A stretch of DNA of 46,069 nucleotides, taken from positions 1 through 46,069 of the forward strand of contig JAAPAO010000259.1 in the NCBI GenBank assembly GCA_013115145.1. Direction: 5' to 3'. The position numbers and the translations under genes were made by a program. A model generated the notes under the pieces. It searched no databases, was not told the DNA's origin, and saw nothing but the letters and a program-made list of their open reading frames with translations. The DNA is from Perkinsus chesapeaki ATCC PRA-425. Taxonomy: Eukaryota; Protista; Perkinsozoa. Shown here one piece after another: positions 32,077 to 44,560 of the stretch (positions are counted from its first letter, which is position 1; every line of letters begins with the position of its first letter).

Positions 32077-32504
32077 AATTAATGATAGTATTTTCATGTA
32101 GCATGCTCACGTAGCTTGTCGTCGTTACCGATACGATTGTGTTGGACAGTATGAATTGGTTCAGTCTTGGATGTGCTCACGGAGGCAGCACTGTGCCTCT
32201 GGGAGATTGATCATGACTTAGGGAGTTAGTAAACGGTGAAATCGGCTTGACTGTTTCTGTGATCATTGAAAAAAACGAATAAAGAATTAAAACAGGAAAA
32301 AATAATTTTCATATCACTCGTGGCGATTTTTATGGCTTTAAAGGTGCCACGTTTCTGGTGTTTCAGAATAATCAATTTGCCAATCGGGAAAAGACCGATC
32401 TCAGAGCCAGGTCATCCAAAATCCCTGGTGAAACCTGATTGTTGTACTTCAACGAAAAAGCGCATTTTCGAATGTTCCTTTCCAGCTTGAGTTCGTTATC
32501 TAGG

Positions 32505-35500
32505 ATGATATCGACCCTCTCTTCCGTCACGGAGCTCTCGCAGAATCTTCAACCCAATTCATCCGAGGCTCGAGAAAATGTGGCAAAAATTATCGTTAGC
32601 GGGATGACAGTTTTACACAAGGAAGCGTTCGTGGATGAAATCGCCGCTGCTGTTTTGAGTGAAGAAGTTAAACTGGTCAACGAACTCACAGCGACGATCG
32701 CCGCGCGTATCTTGGACGAGTTGCGCACTGCGAAGATTTTGGATATCTTTGGGGTTTGCGGGAAATTACAGGTCATGGCGAGCAGACGACCAGAATGCCA
32801 GGTGCCGTTCAGCTCGCTCTACTCCAGATTAGTTTGCTTCGGAGAGACTGTCGATTGGGGGAAAGTTGTGGAAAGTTTGGTATCAGAAAACTCACTAACA
32901 GACGTGCAGGAAGCCCAATTCGCTAGCGCGGCGATTGTTGAAATATTTCGGCTTTGCGGCGATGGGAGAAGGGAGATTGTCGAGAAGTTGAGGAGGAGGA
33001 TAATCGCGAGCTTGCCGGACACTTCTGGGGAGGTGAGAGAAGTCATTTACTGTCGGATTCTGCCGTTGATTTCGGATGGAGAATTTATGCGGGAAATCTT
33101 GGAATTCACCGAGGGCAATCACGAGGAGCGCATGATACTGTATTGTCAAGTTCCAGAAATAATCGATCACGCGATCGATTGGGATGATGTGCGTGCGTGC
33201 ATATCAAGAAGCGTTGCAGTGATTCATAGAAAGCGAGCTCGATGGCTGGTCGAGCGCCTCGGTGGGGCGGAGGCTCTTGGCAGCACTACCTGGCAGTGGT
33301 ATTGGGCTCTGGTGGAATCCTTGGACGAGTTCGCGTGTCATATGTAAGCGGTTGGTCGATTGGATGAGGAGCTTACGAGCTTTACCGCGCAGGATTGTAT
33401 GCACCGTTTCGAGATTCAATTAGTAAAAACCTGATCATCAGAGATCTAATTAGATTATGAGCCGCTTGAATTGTTGTTGGGGGAGTGGATTTGTGCGCAT
33501 CTCCGCACCGTGAAGAATATTTTGAAATGTAACTTGCTGTGACAGAGTAGCTCGCTCGGCTGTTTTTCGGATGTCGCTACGACTTTGGCGCCAGTGAGAT
33601 CCCGACGCTCTCGGTCTCATCTGCCCAGCTGATCGTCCTGCTCGTGAGCTCATCATACTCCCCATGATGGCAACGAAGAATCACGATATGGAGAGCAATA
33701 TAAGACAACTAGTGCCGTAGGAGCCTATGTGGAGCGGAAAGGTTCCATTGGATGTGGATAGCCCGGATAGTTAGCTCCAACTGGATGACAAAAATTCAAC
33801 CACTGGGGAGGGTTTCGATCATAAAAACTGCTGCCCAAGGTTTGGTCCCTTTTAAGGTTCAAAGAACTCTTCACACCGAAGCTGCGACGGGTAGCCATCG
33901 AAGCGGCCAAGGTCGATAGGGACGCAGCTAAGGGATGGGAGATGTCACCAAAGTGGATTGAAGCGCTGCTTGATGCATGCCTTAGTCGACATGACAATGA
34001 AGCTATACCAAAGTAAGAGATATTCTTGCGCGCCGTAAAACTAGTGATTTATAGAAGACCTGCGATGTGTGCAGAAGACCTAAAGCCTTGAGTGCTAACA
34101 ATCCGCTTTTTTCCTGGCGGAAAAATTACACACAATTGCGCAGCACATCCTTTCCATAAATTTTTCCATATTTTCTGGGTAATAACAGAGATACTCAGGC
34201 ACGTCCTGACGGAGTTAGGCGCTCATCCGGACCTCGCCCAGGCTGTCCTCAAGGCTGTGGATCCGGAATTTTTCTGTCACAAAATCGTCCGAGGCTTCGA
34301 TGAGAATCTCACGGTGTTCTGCAATCAACTTGGATGGTATGCCCGGCCAGAGAAAGCGGTTACAAGCCATGGGGGTGCGGAAGGTGAGCTAAGAAATATC
34401 TTTTCGAACAATCTTTGACGGTTTCCTAAAAGTTGACCTGTTGGTCGAGATATTCACTAGTGGCACTTAGATGGCCCAGAGGGGAAAATAACGAGAAGTT
34501 TTTGTCAAACTTTTCGTACTCAAGAATCGAAAGAACCTAATAATTCCTAGTATCTTTTGTACCACAAATGGACTTTATAGAATTTCCTCTATAATTTTCG
34601 TCTTACCGTTTTTTTTCGCGATTTCGTCAATCATTTGCCACTTCCTGGTCACTTTTGATCTCGATGGTTTAGGTCCGGAGGCACCAGCTGGCACAGTGGA
34701 GGACTCTCGAGCTTGTCAGGACTTGGTTAATTCTTACGTCACCTCGGGAGGGAAGATCAGCATGCTTCTGAAGGAGGTTCTTGAAGGTAAGTTTGCAGAG
34801 CATTCGCCTGGTGCTTGTTGCACACTGATGATATAAAACCACAACAAATCGAGTCGATAATCAATTATCATTATCACTACTGAATATATTAGCGTCTAAA
34901 GCCTTCCTGCGTCTTGGCGGCGCAATGGGCAGCGTATCTTTTGTGCTTGATGTCTCCTTTTGTGTGAAGGTGCGCACTGTGAAGGTTTTTTGTCAGGGTT
35001 GGTGAATTACACTTCGACACGAGTTTTCTTGGAGGCCATCGGAAATGCTGCAAATGTCCGGAAGGAAATATTCGATGAAAATATCTTGATGGTCTGCTTA
35101 CGGTTCGCAACAACTCGGGTTAAATACTTCAAAACCGCGCTTCGGCCTAAGATACTCTCCTTGTTCACGTCAGCCATCTCACGGTAAGTGGGGTGAGTCT
35201 AGCGAGCGCGCTGGGAATATCCTGATTTAGCTGAGAAACGATAAGTTCTTCGGGGACTAGCTGTTATTGAAATTACAACAATTTCTCATGATTGCGGAAA
35301 TGTACGCCCCAACTTAGCTGTTTCATACATCAACCTTTCAAATACTATATGTGGAGAATTTTTTAAACCTCCTCCTTGGACGGTAATACACTACCTTTTA
35401 TCGGTCGGCCTTCTTATGTGAAAATGCTGCTTGATATTCCTCCTGCGTCGATTGTGGTGAGACTGAAATTGTCTCATTCGTGGTTCGGTAAAGTTTGATT

Positions 35501-38500
35501 CCAAATCGATTACATGATCGATTATCATTTCAGGTCGTTTGAGCTGCCTTCGGAAAGTGTCCTCAGTATTCCCAAGTACCAGGACAATCTTATCAGATTT
35601 TACTCTGTCCTTTGCGCGTTCACCACTCCGGTGCCCCCGAGTCTCATCTGGGATCAAATTCATGGCATCTATCTCCCCAAGGTAAGAATAATTTCGTGGC
35701 GCGTGAACTTTATTCGTTGTAAGATACTTTCTGACACCGCTAGCGAAGCGCTAACCGTCGAGATGATATCTGGTTTGGTTTGGACGCTCCCCGCAAACTC
35801 CGCGGAGCTCGAAGATACCCTTCGGGATCTCGAATCCAACCTCCAATCGATTCCAGCTCGAGCGTATCTTCCTGAATCGGCGATCATTCGTTGGTTGGCT
35901 CTGACCTTGTTTTTGGACCAATACCACGGTGTCAAGATCTGCAGTGAAGCCCTCGCTAGGGGCTTGCCCGAGTTAACCTCTGAAGAATCTTTCCCGCGTA
36001 TGGGTTGGTTGGTGGCTAGCTTGACAGAAAGATATCAGATAAAATGTAAGGATAATTTCGTGGCGAAAGTGACGAAATTGTCGGATCCGAGAACACCGTT
36101 GCTGGAGCAAGTGCACTTGGTTCAAATGCTGGCGGCCGAGTCGAGCTTCAACAAGATTCCCGAGAAGCTTGCAAAGATTCTCTTTCGGATGCGCCCGCGC
36201 TCGACCTCTGATCGGTCCCATACATACGCACTTGGGATCTGCGACACATTTTCGTGGCGCGTGACGGATTTGTTCCATCCGTGGCGAGTTTGCGATGATG
36301 TCATTGATGTATTTTATCGCTGTAAATGGATCGCTATACGCAGCATAATTTCGTGGCGCAGTGACGATTTCATCTCCGTGGACGACGCCAAAACACTCAT
36401 GGAAGAACTGGAAATCGCAGATCCTGCGGTGCTTGTCGATCTTTGCGAGGTTATTAAGACTGTGGCAATTCCAGCAGTCGCCACGAAATTAGACAAAGAT
36501 TTGGCCGTCCAGACGGTCGCCGAGCTTGCAAGATACGCGGGAGGTTACATTTATGGCACTGGAAATCAATACGTGACCGAACAAGCGATGGCCAGCTTGA
36601 TGGGCTTGGTTATGGATGCGAAGTTGATCGAGATTGGGGGGCCAGAAGCTGTGAGCGAAGTGAAACGGCTGATGAAACGGTTGATCGATATTGGGAATGG
36701 TGGGCAGAAAAATGTATTAAGAAGCGGATTGAGTAAGCCGTTAGTGGCAATGCTCAGAAGCGTCAGAAGTAAGTAAAAACTTTCCGATATTTTTGGAAAA
36801 TCTGCGCAATTTTGGTATAATTTTTCCAAAAAATCAGCTCAAGATCAGCTCGTTTGAATACAAATTAATAGGCATGCGGCATTCGATGGTTATAAGCTAT
36901 CCAGCTCGAACTCATACTTCCGGCGTTCTCTTCGTTATTTTATCAAATTCTCAGGAGGCGAAGTCGGCGAGTCGCTCCGTCTCGACTTTATAGAGATTCT
37001 GGCTGCCCTCTGTGTGTGCTCCGACTCCACCAGTAGAACGGAAACCCTGACGTTCATCAGCGCCGTCGGTGGAAAACTCGCCGAAGAAGTAAAAAATGCC
37101 CTACAAGGAATCGAACCAGGGACCTTTCGATTGCGCAATAGGTGCTCCTCGCAACCCTTGCTCATCTGGAGAAGACGCGTGTTTCAATCTACACGACCGA
37201 GTCGGGTGCTAAAGGTCCAGCCACACCAATGCCATTCAGTGGCCATCACAGAGCTCAACTAAGAGGCTGGCAGGTGGAAATCGATCACTCGGACGCGCTT
37301 TTTGCAATCGACTTTCAGGTTGTCATGTGCTTGGTCGAGAATTTGAGGGAGGAGGCGTATAGGGATGAAGTGGCTCCGATACTTTATAAGCATCTTATGT
37401 GGCCGCATCTACCGGATATTAGGGATTATCAAGTAAGATGAAATTTTACGAAAAATTTCGCCGAAATGCAGTTTGGTTTTTTTCAGAAAGGGGGTAGATT
37501 TCAGGAACTTTGTGGAACTTTTTACGCGGGAAAAATTAATTCCTCTCACTTTTTAAGAAACTAAGTTGACTCCGCGGAGAAAGTTCCAAAACTGAAAGAG
37601 TGAAATAGGGGAAGTGGAAATTTGCGGTGCAAACAAAATTACAAGTTGATCGAAAATTAAATTTAATTTTAAATAATCAATTTATCCTGTTTTTTCCGGC
37701 AAAAAAAGTTATCGTTTGACTTCCATCAGGAGACCGTGGCGTGTTATCTGGCTGGTAAGTTCAAAACCGAAACGCTGGACCGTTACCTTCTGCCTGCACT
37801 TGAGCAGTACGATGCCACACCGCAATGCATTGCTAGTGTCTTGCTGGTAGCCACTTATCTGTAAGGGGGGCTTCGCGGGACTTTTGTGACGAGTGATTGA
37901 TTAGTAATACCCAACACCTGCACTAAACTTATTACTTTTATACTGTTTTTCAAGAAATGATTTTCCAATAGATGGTCTTTAATGAACAGTCTGTCTTTTT
38001 AATAGACGTCGATAATGATAACGATTCGGTCCTGCTATCTGAGGAATGGTTGCAATCATCATCATCGTCGCATTTCAGATACTCCATCGATCGTGGTAAC
38101 TCCAAAGTATTCAATCACTTAGTACCGTATCTTTCCTGTAACACAGCTTATATCAGGGGGATTGCTCAATACGCGATTCACACTTTCGGTTTGCCAACTG
38201 ACGGGTCTGATTACTCGGAGATCAAAGGTAGGCGGCTCGTGCATTGGCGAGGGGTCACCGGAACGTCTAGAAATGTCTCTCGGAAAGGTACGCCCGTTTC
38301 ATTTTCGTCGTCTATTTCTGAGTGGAAAAATCTAAACGTCGGGTTTAGATTCTCACTGCAATTTCACATTTGAACCGTTTCATGATTCTCACTTTTGGCA
38401 GTGACATTCTCACTGCTAAGAAAATCAAAAGGCTTCTCCGCCTAAGTGGATGATCTGGCGATCTGTTTGGTACCGCAAAACAACTCTGTATGATATAGCT

Positions 38501-41500
38501 AAGCGTCACATAATCTGATTTCACGACTAAATTCGCTCTGTTATGAGCATGGACAATTTTTGGTTATGTTCCAAGTTAACTTGGTACACTGTACTGCCCT
38601 CCGGTTTATGTCTATCGAATCAATACAGCTTCATGATCGAGGCGTTCTCCTACAGACTGGGTATCTTTCAATTCGCCGCCATAATGAACGGAACACACTC
38701 CTCCAAGTTCAAGAAAAACATCAAATTTTTCTGCTTGCTCGATTTTTCTCATTATTTTTTTATTTTGCGGAATTTTTTTAATAGTTGTTCAATTTTGTCG
38801 TTTGCTCAACATCATTGTTGGGCATACGAATTCTTTGCCATTCAGGGTGCTCCTTCACTCTTCCATTGTTTTAGGTTTGTTCGACTTCATGGCAAAGAAT
38901 CGCGAATGTGTCAAGTTGCGTAGCAGACAAGTGCCGGTTTATGACAAATGGAACATTAATCGTTTGGTTGGCGTTCAAGGACTGCACGCGCAGATATGCA
39001 AGACTAGCGTGGAGGAGATGCTACCGAACCAGATACTTATGCAGGTAGGAATGTGCTTTGAACAACTGTAGATAGATTTAAGAATAAATAATATATATAT
39101 TAGAAAGTTATTATTAAGACTACTACTAAACTATACTTAACTGACGTAAAATCGTTCATCTCGTTATATTGAAAAAATGGGTTGGTCGTATAATTCTGTA
39201 AGGCGGTTCATATATTCCACCTGCAATCACTATTTACTAGTATTAATATAAATAATTACTTTTGACACATCACATACGCGCACTTCGTATCACCATGTCC
39301 CTCAATTCCACTCGGTCTCGTAATCGCTGTTTGATACCAAGCATTGCTTGGCAAGCAGCACGGAAACCAAGGTGATCTCGGCAAGACCTCAGATATCGGT
39401 TGAAGGTTATTTTCCAATATTCGCATTCGTGAAGGAACTCGTGAGAGTTACACCATGAAAGCTGCAATGGATGCAATGGATGGAATAATTATGAAAATGC
39501 CAAGACTTGTTCATTACTGTTATTGTAACGAGACTTTGATCATTGAGTCGACTATGAACCTTATCTAACCTGAAATCGTAGAACCAGAACTGCAGCGTGA
39601 ACCATGTAGCATGACCAAGCTTCGGATGTGTCTTCAAGTATGCGGCAGGCGTATCGAAATTGGAAACGGATAGATTCAGAAAATGTGAACAAAACGTGAA
39701 ATGGGAAATCAGTGTTAAAATATGACTCTGTGACTGAGAAAGCTCGCCGTTTGATACCAAAGCGGGGCTGCGTGATGTTCGTTGGTCCACCAGGTGGATC
39801 AGATTTCACGGTTAGTCTTCCGTAGGACCTTCGGGAGGCAGTGGCCACTGCGATGGCTGAGGAGTGGCATTATACCCCAGACCTCGAAGTAGCACATATG
39901 TTCAACGAAGGAATAGATCCACTGAAGATTCCAAAGTCCAGCGCATCACAGATGGAGGTGAGTTCATCTCGTAGTGGTAGTTGCGAATCAGAGTCGGTTA
40001 TCAGGTTAGCAGTGACGACGAGACCGCTGCCGGGCATCAGAGGAAATATGTGCCTCTGATGGCTACCGAGTTGTTCCCTAAGCTTCACAATAAATCAGTC
40101 CCTCCCAGGTGAATCTGCATTCATCTTTGGCTGGTATAATTAGTTTTTTTCCGGTGAATTTCGGTATTCTTAATTGTTACTAACCCCTTGAGTCTCGAAC
40201 GGCGGTATGTACTTGTTCGGTTTCAATTCGAAATGAAGTACAGATTGATTGCTAGCGTTTTCTCGTCATACCAGTCATCGTCTAGCAGAGGAGAGCTGAA
40301 CAGCTTCTCGCGCGGCGGCCAACGCATTTGACTATGCTACGACTCACGTTCAGGTCCGATCTTATAATTGTGGCTTCTTTCGTCGATAAAGCGCCGAATC
40401 TCGCCGGTCTTTGTCGGACTGCAGAGGTGAGGTGTACGGGAACTTTGCTGATTTAGATTGGGGTGGCTCTACGGCGCAGTTTTTCAAGGGCGTGAATTGT
40501 GGAAGAAACTAGCCGCATAGGAAAACGCGAAATGGGAGGAACATTGCAGAACCATCAGCGTGTTTGGAACACACAGTTTGCGGCACGCTCCTGTGCAGGT
40601 GTTCGGTGCATCGAGACTCGTTGTTGCTAACAAACTGAGAGTCCTTCGTGACCAGACATTCAAATCGGTGGCAGTGACATCTGAAAAGTGGATGCCGATC
40701 GAAGAGGTTCAACCGGAAGATTTGCCCGAATGGTTAGGGAAACAGAAGGACAACGGGTAGGTCACAGCGGGATATTATCACTTCGACCATCACAGTATGA
40801 TAAATAAAGTTGCACATAGGATGGATAGTCCAACTAAGCCACATTCAGCGTTGGACTATAAACTCATAAAGTTCTTACGTCTGCAATATATAACTCAACA
40901 AAAGGGTCCCTTATGACGGGGAGGGAATCCAAGATTTATAGGCCAAGGCAATATAATGGAACGGGACAACACTTTGGGACTAACAAATTCTGCCATACAG
41001 ATAAGCCTGGGATAGTCCACGTTATCAGATCCTCGTTGGTGGGTGTTGAACAAACGACTACAAGCAAGCAGATGGAGCGCTTTGCTTTCCCAAAGAAGAC
41101 TGTGTTGGTTCTTGGAGCAGAGAAAGAAGGTGGGCAGTGAGATATCTTTAAGCGCACTGGGGAGATTTTCTCCGCTCTCCTATTTAACATTTTCCCTCCG
41201 ATTTCAATCTTTATCTCATCGAGTCCTGTGGACTGCACAGTTTTGTGAATGCGAGAAATAAACCTGACCTCACTGGCTGGAATCGACAAGAACCGTTGTT
41301 GCATTGAGAACTGCTCAGTGTCACCAATGGACGGTGGAATCGTACACATGGGGGAATATAAAATCTTATCAGTGCGAAGGCATGAGGGCGACTTGTTGAA
41401 GAACCATTCTCCTTCACTCTCTACGAACACACTTCTCGAGCCTACAGGGAATACTGTAGGTTTTCAGCAAAGCCTTGACCCATGGCTGTGCTGAAAACCT

Positions 41501-42151
41501 ATTTCCTAAGCATCTGAGGTAAATCCCTCAGATGCGACGGAGCACTATCTGAAGCACTACCTAGATCCCTCCTGATATGAGGAATATCCCTACTGGAGGG
41601 TCTTCAATGACACGAAGTGAGATACGTTATTTTCAGGCCTTCCCACATCGTTGATTCCTTTACTGGACAACTGCGTGGAGATTCCCCAGTTTGGTGTGAT
41701 ACGGTCGCTCAATGTCCACGTCACGGGAGCGTTGTGTATTTGGGAGTAAGTGATTCGGGAGTTGATAGAAGAGGCGAAAAAAAGCAGAACAACTGTTTTT
41801 TAAAGTGTGCATTTTTCTCAAGCAAATCAACAATTATTAGTTATCTCCCGAAGTAGTTTGCCTTGCGGTGCCGAAATTGAAGGGTATATGTGTTTTTGCT
41901 AGAGTAGCTCAATAAGATATCGATCAACCGTTTCATTGGCCGTTAATATCTTCAATGCAAAAGATTTACTAGTACAAAGTTGAGGTTAATGAGTACGATA
42001 GATCAGTGGTGACACCGAGGTATCCCATGTAACCATGTATACGAGCTGAGGTTGCCGATGATAATAGGCGGAAGGCGTTGCAGTTGGTCTGTTCAGATAC
42101 ACCCGACAGATCCGTTGTGGCTGCTCCGTACCAACTGATAGTAGTTGTTAG
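32505..42151 (+). CDS. TRM3: tRNA (guanosine-18-2'-O)-methyltransferase, Trm3/TARBP1 type (large helical N-terminus + C-terminal SpoU domain)
   Basis: C-terminal exons give [22 protein letters not shown]|[20 protein letters not shown]..|[26 protein letters not shown]|[36 protein letters not shown]|YTRQ, a diagnostic SpoU/TARBP1 C-terminus. Long upstream exons (32505-33344, 35514-36770) and HRAQLRGWQ fit the N-terminal region. The internal exon chain is not fully resolved. Confidence 0.9.
37091..37141 (-). pseudogene. tRNA 3' half + T6 occupying a whole 53-nt intron in antisense
   Basis: Reverse complement of intron 37089-37141: ctattgcgcAATCGAAAGGTCCCTGGTTCGATTCCttgtAGGGCA-TTTTTT-ac. AAGGTCCCTGGTTCGA is typical of Phe/Cys-type tRNAs and AGGGCA of Met/Lys-type acceptor ends; the isotype is indeterminate. 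Confidence 0.7.
40811..40866 (+). repeat. Dispersed 56-bp repeat (second copy of 26612-26667) inside a TRM3 intron
   Basis: 50/56 identity, with an internal 10-bp hairpin atagtccaac..gttggactat. Confidence 0.85.
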
Positions 42152-42159
42152 ATATAACA

Positions 42160-42183
42160 GAAATCGATTAGCTAATCGATTTC
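42160..42183. repeat. Perfect 24-bp palindrome just 3' of the TRM3 stop
   Basis: gaaatcgattagctaatcgatttc. Confidence 0.95.
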
Positions 42184-42399
42184 GAAAACGTTCCTTGTTT
42201 CTTACTCGCAGTAGGCTTGTGCTGAGTTGTGGCAGGTAAATATCCTCACTTTGATGGGAGTTGATACTTAACGACTACTCTAAAGGGAGTTTTAGTAACG
42301 CCTCCTCGGCCCGCCGTATTAGAGGATGAATCACAGGCCTCTTCAATGTTATAATATCGAGAGACGATCGACTGTCACTGATGGAACAAAGACGATGCC

Positions 42400-42772
42400 T
42401 TATAAGAGGAAAACATAATACAAAGTATATAACTTCCCGTGACTTGAGACGACGACGGCTTTGCCTTTATGGCACGTCACCTTGTATGATTCCCTATGGG
42501 AGTCTGTGTCTCCTCGGCTGTCTAGTGGTCCTTGTAGCCGGGGCTCTTTGGCGGCGAGCTTAACATGCGATGGTTCATACCAGAGCCATCTCGGGTCGTC
42601 GCCCATGGGTGGCCCCAGAGACTCGCGAAACATTGACGAGGGATTGGAAGATTGAGGATCTTTCGACTTGAATCAGAGAAAGCACTGATCCTACTTGGAT
42701 CGTCTCGGCCGTGGAGATTTCCAAGACCAATGGCGGGAAGGCAACGAATGAAAAGCGGCAAAGTCTAGGCAT
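42400..42772 (-). CDS. Possible small spliced hypothetical protein
   Basis: MPRLCRFSFVAFPPLVLEISTAETIQ|gtagg..ag|SLGPPMGDDPRWLWYEPSHV.. is a plausible join with no homology support. Confidence 0.2.
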
Positions 42773-43308
42773 CTGACTCTAACAGTCGAGGCCTCAGGGA
42801 CCCTGAGGTCGCCTTGAACCGCTAGAGACTTGGATCGAAGTGGCTTGGAACGATTCGTTCGGGGCGAGCCACTAGTATTCTTGCTCACAGTCCAAGATGC
42901 GAAGAAAAAGCGCAGGCAGAATGGTCAGAGGATGCCGTCTATTGTTCAATCGGTTAATATATGGAATCTACATGCCGCCTATGTCGATTGATCCGAGCTA
43001 TAATCGAACATGATACACGTATTATTAATTATGGGCCTTTCCTTATCGATCGTGACCAAGTATACGGGCAGCGTCTGTTCTCGATAGCATGTTTATAATG
43101 TCTTATATATCCTTCACAGCATCCTTCTGCCACATCCCATCGGTGACGAACGCAACCTCATTCCATCTCCGCTGGAGTGCGAGAAAGATTTGTACGTTAC
43201 TACTCAGATGACTTCTACGAATTAACGGCGTTGCCGTGACGACCAGACTTGAAAGGAAAAACATTAACATTATTTCTTCATTCCACTATGCACACAAACT
43301 CTTCCTCA

Positions 43309-44560
43309 TCACGCAAGAGCGCCTAAGAGCTCGTCATCAGAATCATCACTCACTCTGCCCGCATCCGCCGCCTCCTCTTTCCATTGGCGCCGGTGCCGAT
43401 CATACGCTTCTGCATCAGCTGCATCTTGAGCAGCGTTGTAGTCATCAACAACGGTCTCCGACTCGGCCGTTGTCCAACTGCGATAGCTCTTCCAGCTGTC
43501 TTGAGATTCCCACTTGTTATTATTCCATCTTCCTTGGCCGTTTCCCCACCTGAGATCAATCTTGGACAATCTTGCATTTCCTCAACGCCTACCAGGATTT
43601 CTGTCTATAAGTGTTGTTGTTGTTCCACGAATGGCCGTTACTTTCGGGTCTGCTCCATTTCCTATCACTTTGCCATCCTTGGCGAGAATACCCAGGATAC
43701 CTAAGCGGACTCCATACCGCTCTCGCCTCCAGCAAAGGGATATCCGCAGACACACCATGAAGTTTCTTCGCTGAAAGTGTAAAGTGGAGATTGGACATTT
43801 CTTAAGTTTCATTTCCTGTTCAACATGCGTTTCCACAACTTCCAAGGTTTGCCGGGACTGCTGACCACTAAGCCTTTTGCCTATGATGGAATGGCGGTCC
43901 TTTAATGGGGCATCTTAATATCAAAGGATATCGGCAGCTGTATCAAAAACACCTATCATTCACTCGGCGCAGCGACAGAGTCATTTGTCACCAGTGCTGT
44001 GTTTTTATTCTTTCTAGAGCACACATCAGCCATATGCGCCCGGGCGAAACACTATTCTTGTCTCCCCAAGCACACTCTGTCGGAAGCGTGGAGAGCCTAA
44101 TGAGTGTCTCAGCCAGCTCTGGGCGGTCGGCTGCACTAACCTAAGATATGCCCTCCCCTCGAAATGCGAGCGGAGCGATGTTCCTTTGTCCCCGGCTTAC
44201 GCATTATAATCGCTCCGCTGCCTCTTCATGTCCTGAAAACACACAAGTCCGTCAACATTTCTATCCTCTTCACCATTCACCTCATCTTTGGATTCGTTCG
44301 CCGGAGTCATTGTAACACTCCGGGGCGTGTCCACCGTCGATGCCTCCGACACACGACGCTTTCGGCCACTCCATGACTCGCTGGTCATCGCCGAATTGCC
44401 ACCGAAATGCTTCCTACGATGGAACAAGTCTTCGTACAAGTCGGGAAATCCTCACCGCTCAAGAACACCGCAATTCACTGAAATTTCCTAAGTCTTCCAT
44501 TTCTGCGGAATTTCCGAATCGCGTAGCCATTTGCCATATGACACTGTCGAGATAGGTTTC
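43309..44560 (-). CDS. Multi-exon hypothetical protein with Trp/Asn-rich and acidic C-terminus
   Basis: GT-AG-bounded segments SESWSGRKRRVSEASTVDTPR.., KRLSGQQSRQTLEVVETHVEQEMKLKK, KKLHGVSADIPLLEARAVWSPLR and WNNNKWESQDSW..SDDSDDELLGALA* (stop at 43309). The start is not resolved. Confidence 0.5.

Noticed and set aside
31795-32097. Minus-strand ORF MKILSLISLVVFF.. looking like a secreted protein
   Set aside because: It overlaps antisense the acidic last exon of inhibitor-2 (EVEEDDE gives the hydrophobic shadow).
44521-44540. cgtagccattt resembling the dinoflagellate/Perkinsus spliced leader
   Set aside because: Only an 11-nt match, on the strand opposite the local gene, and lacking the GGCTCAAG end.
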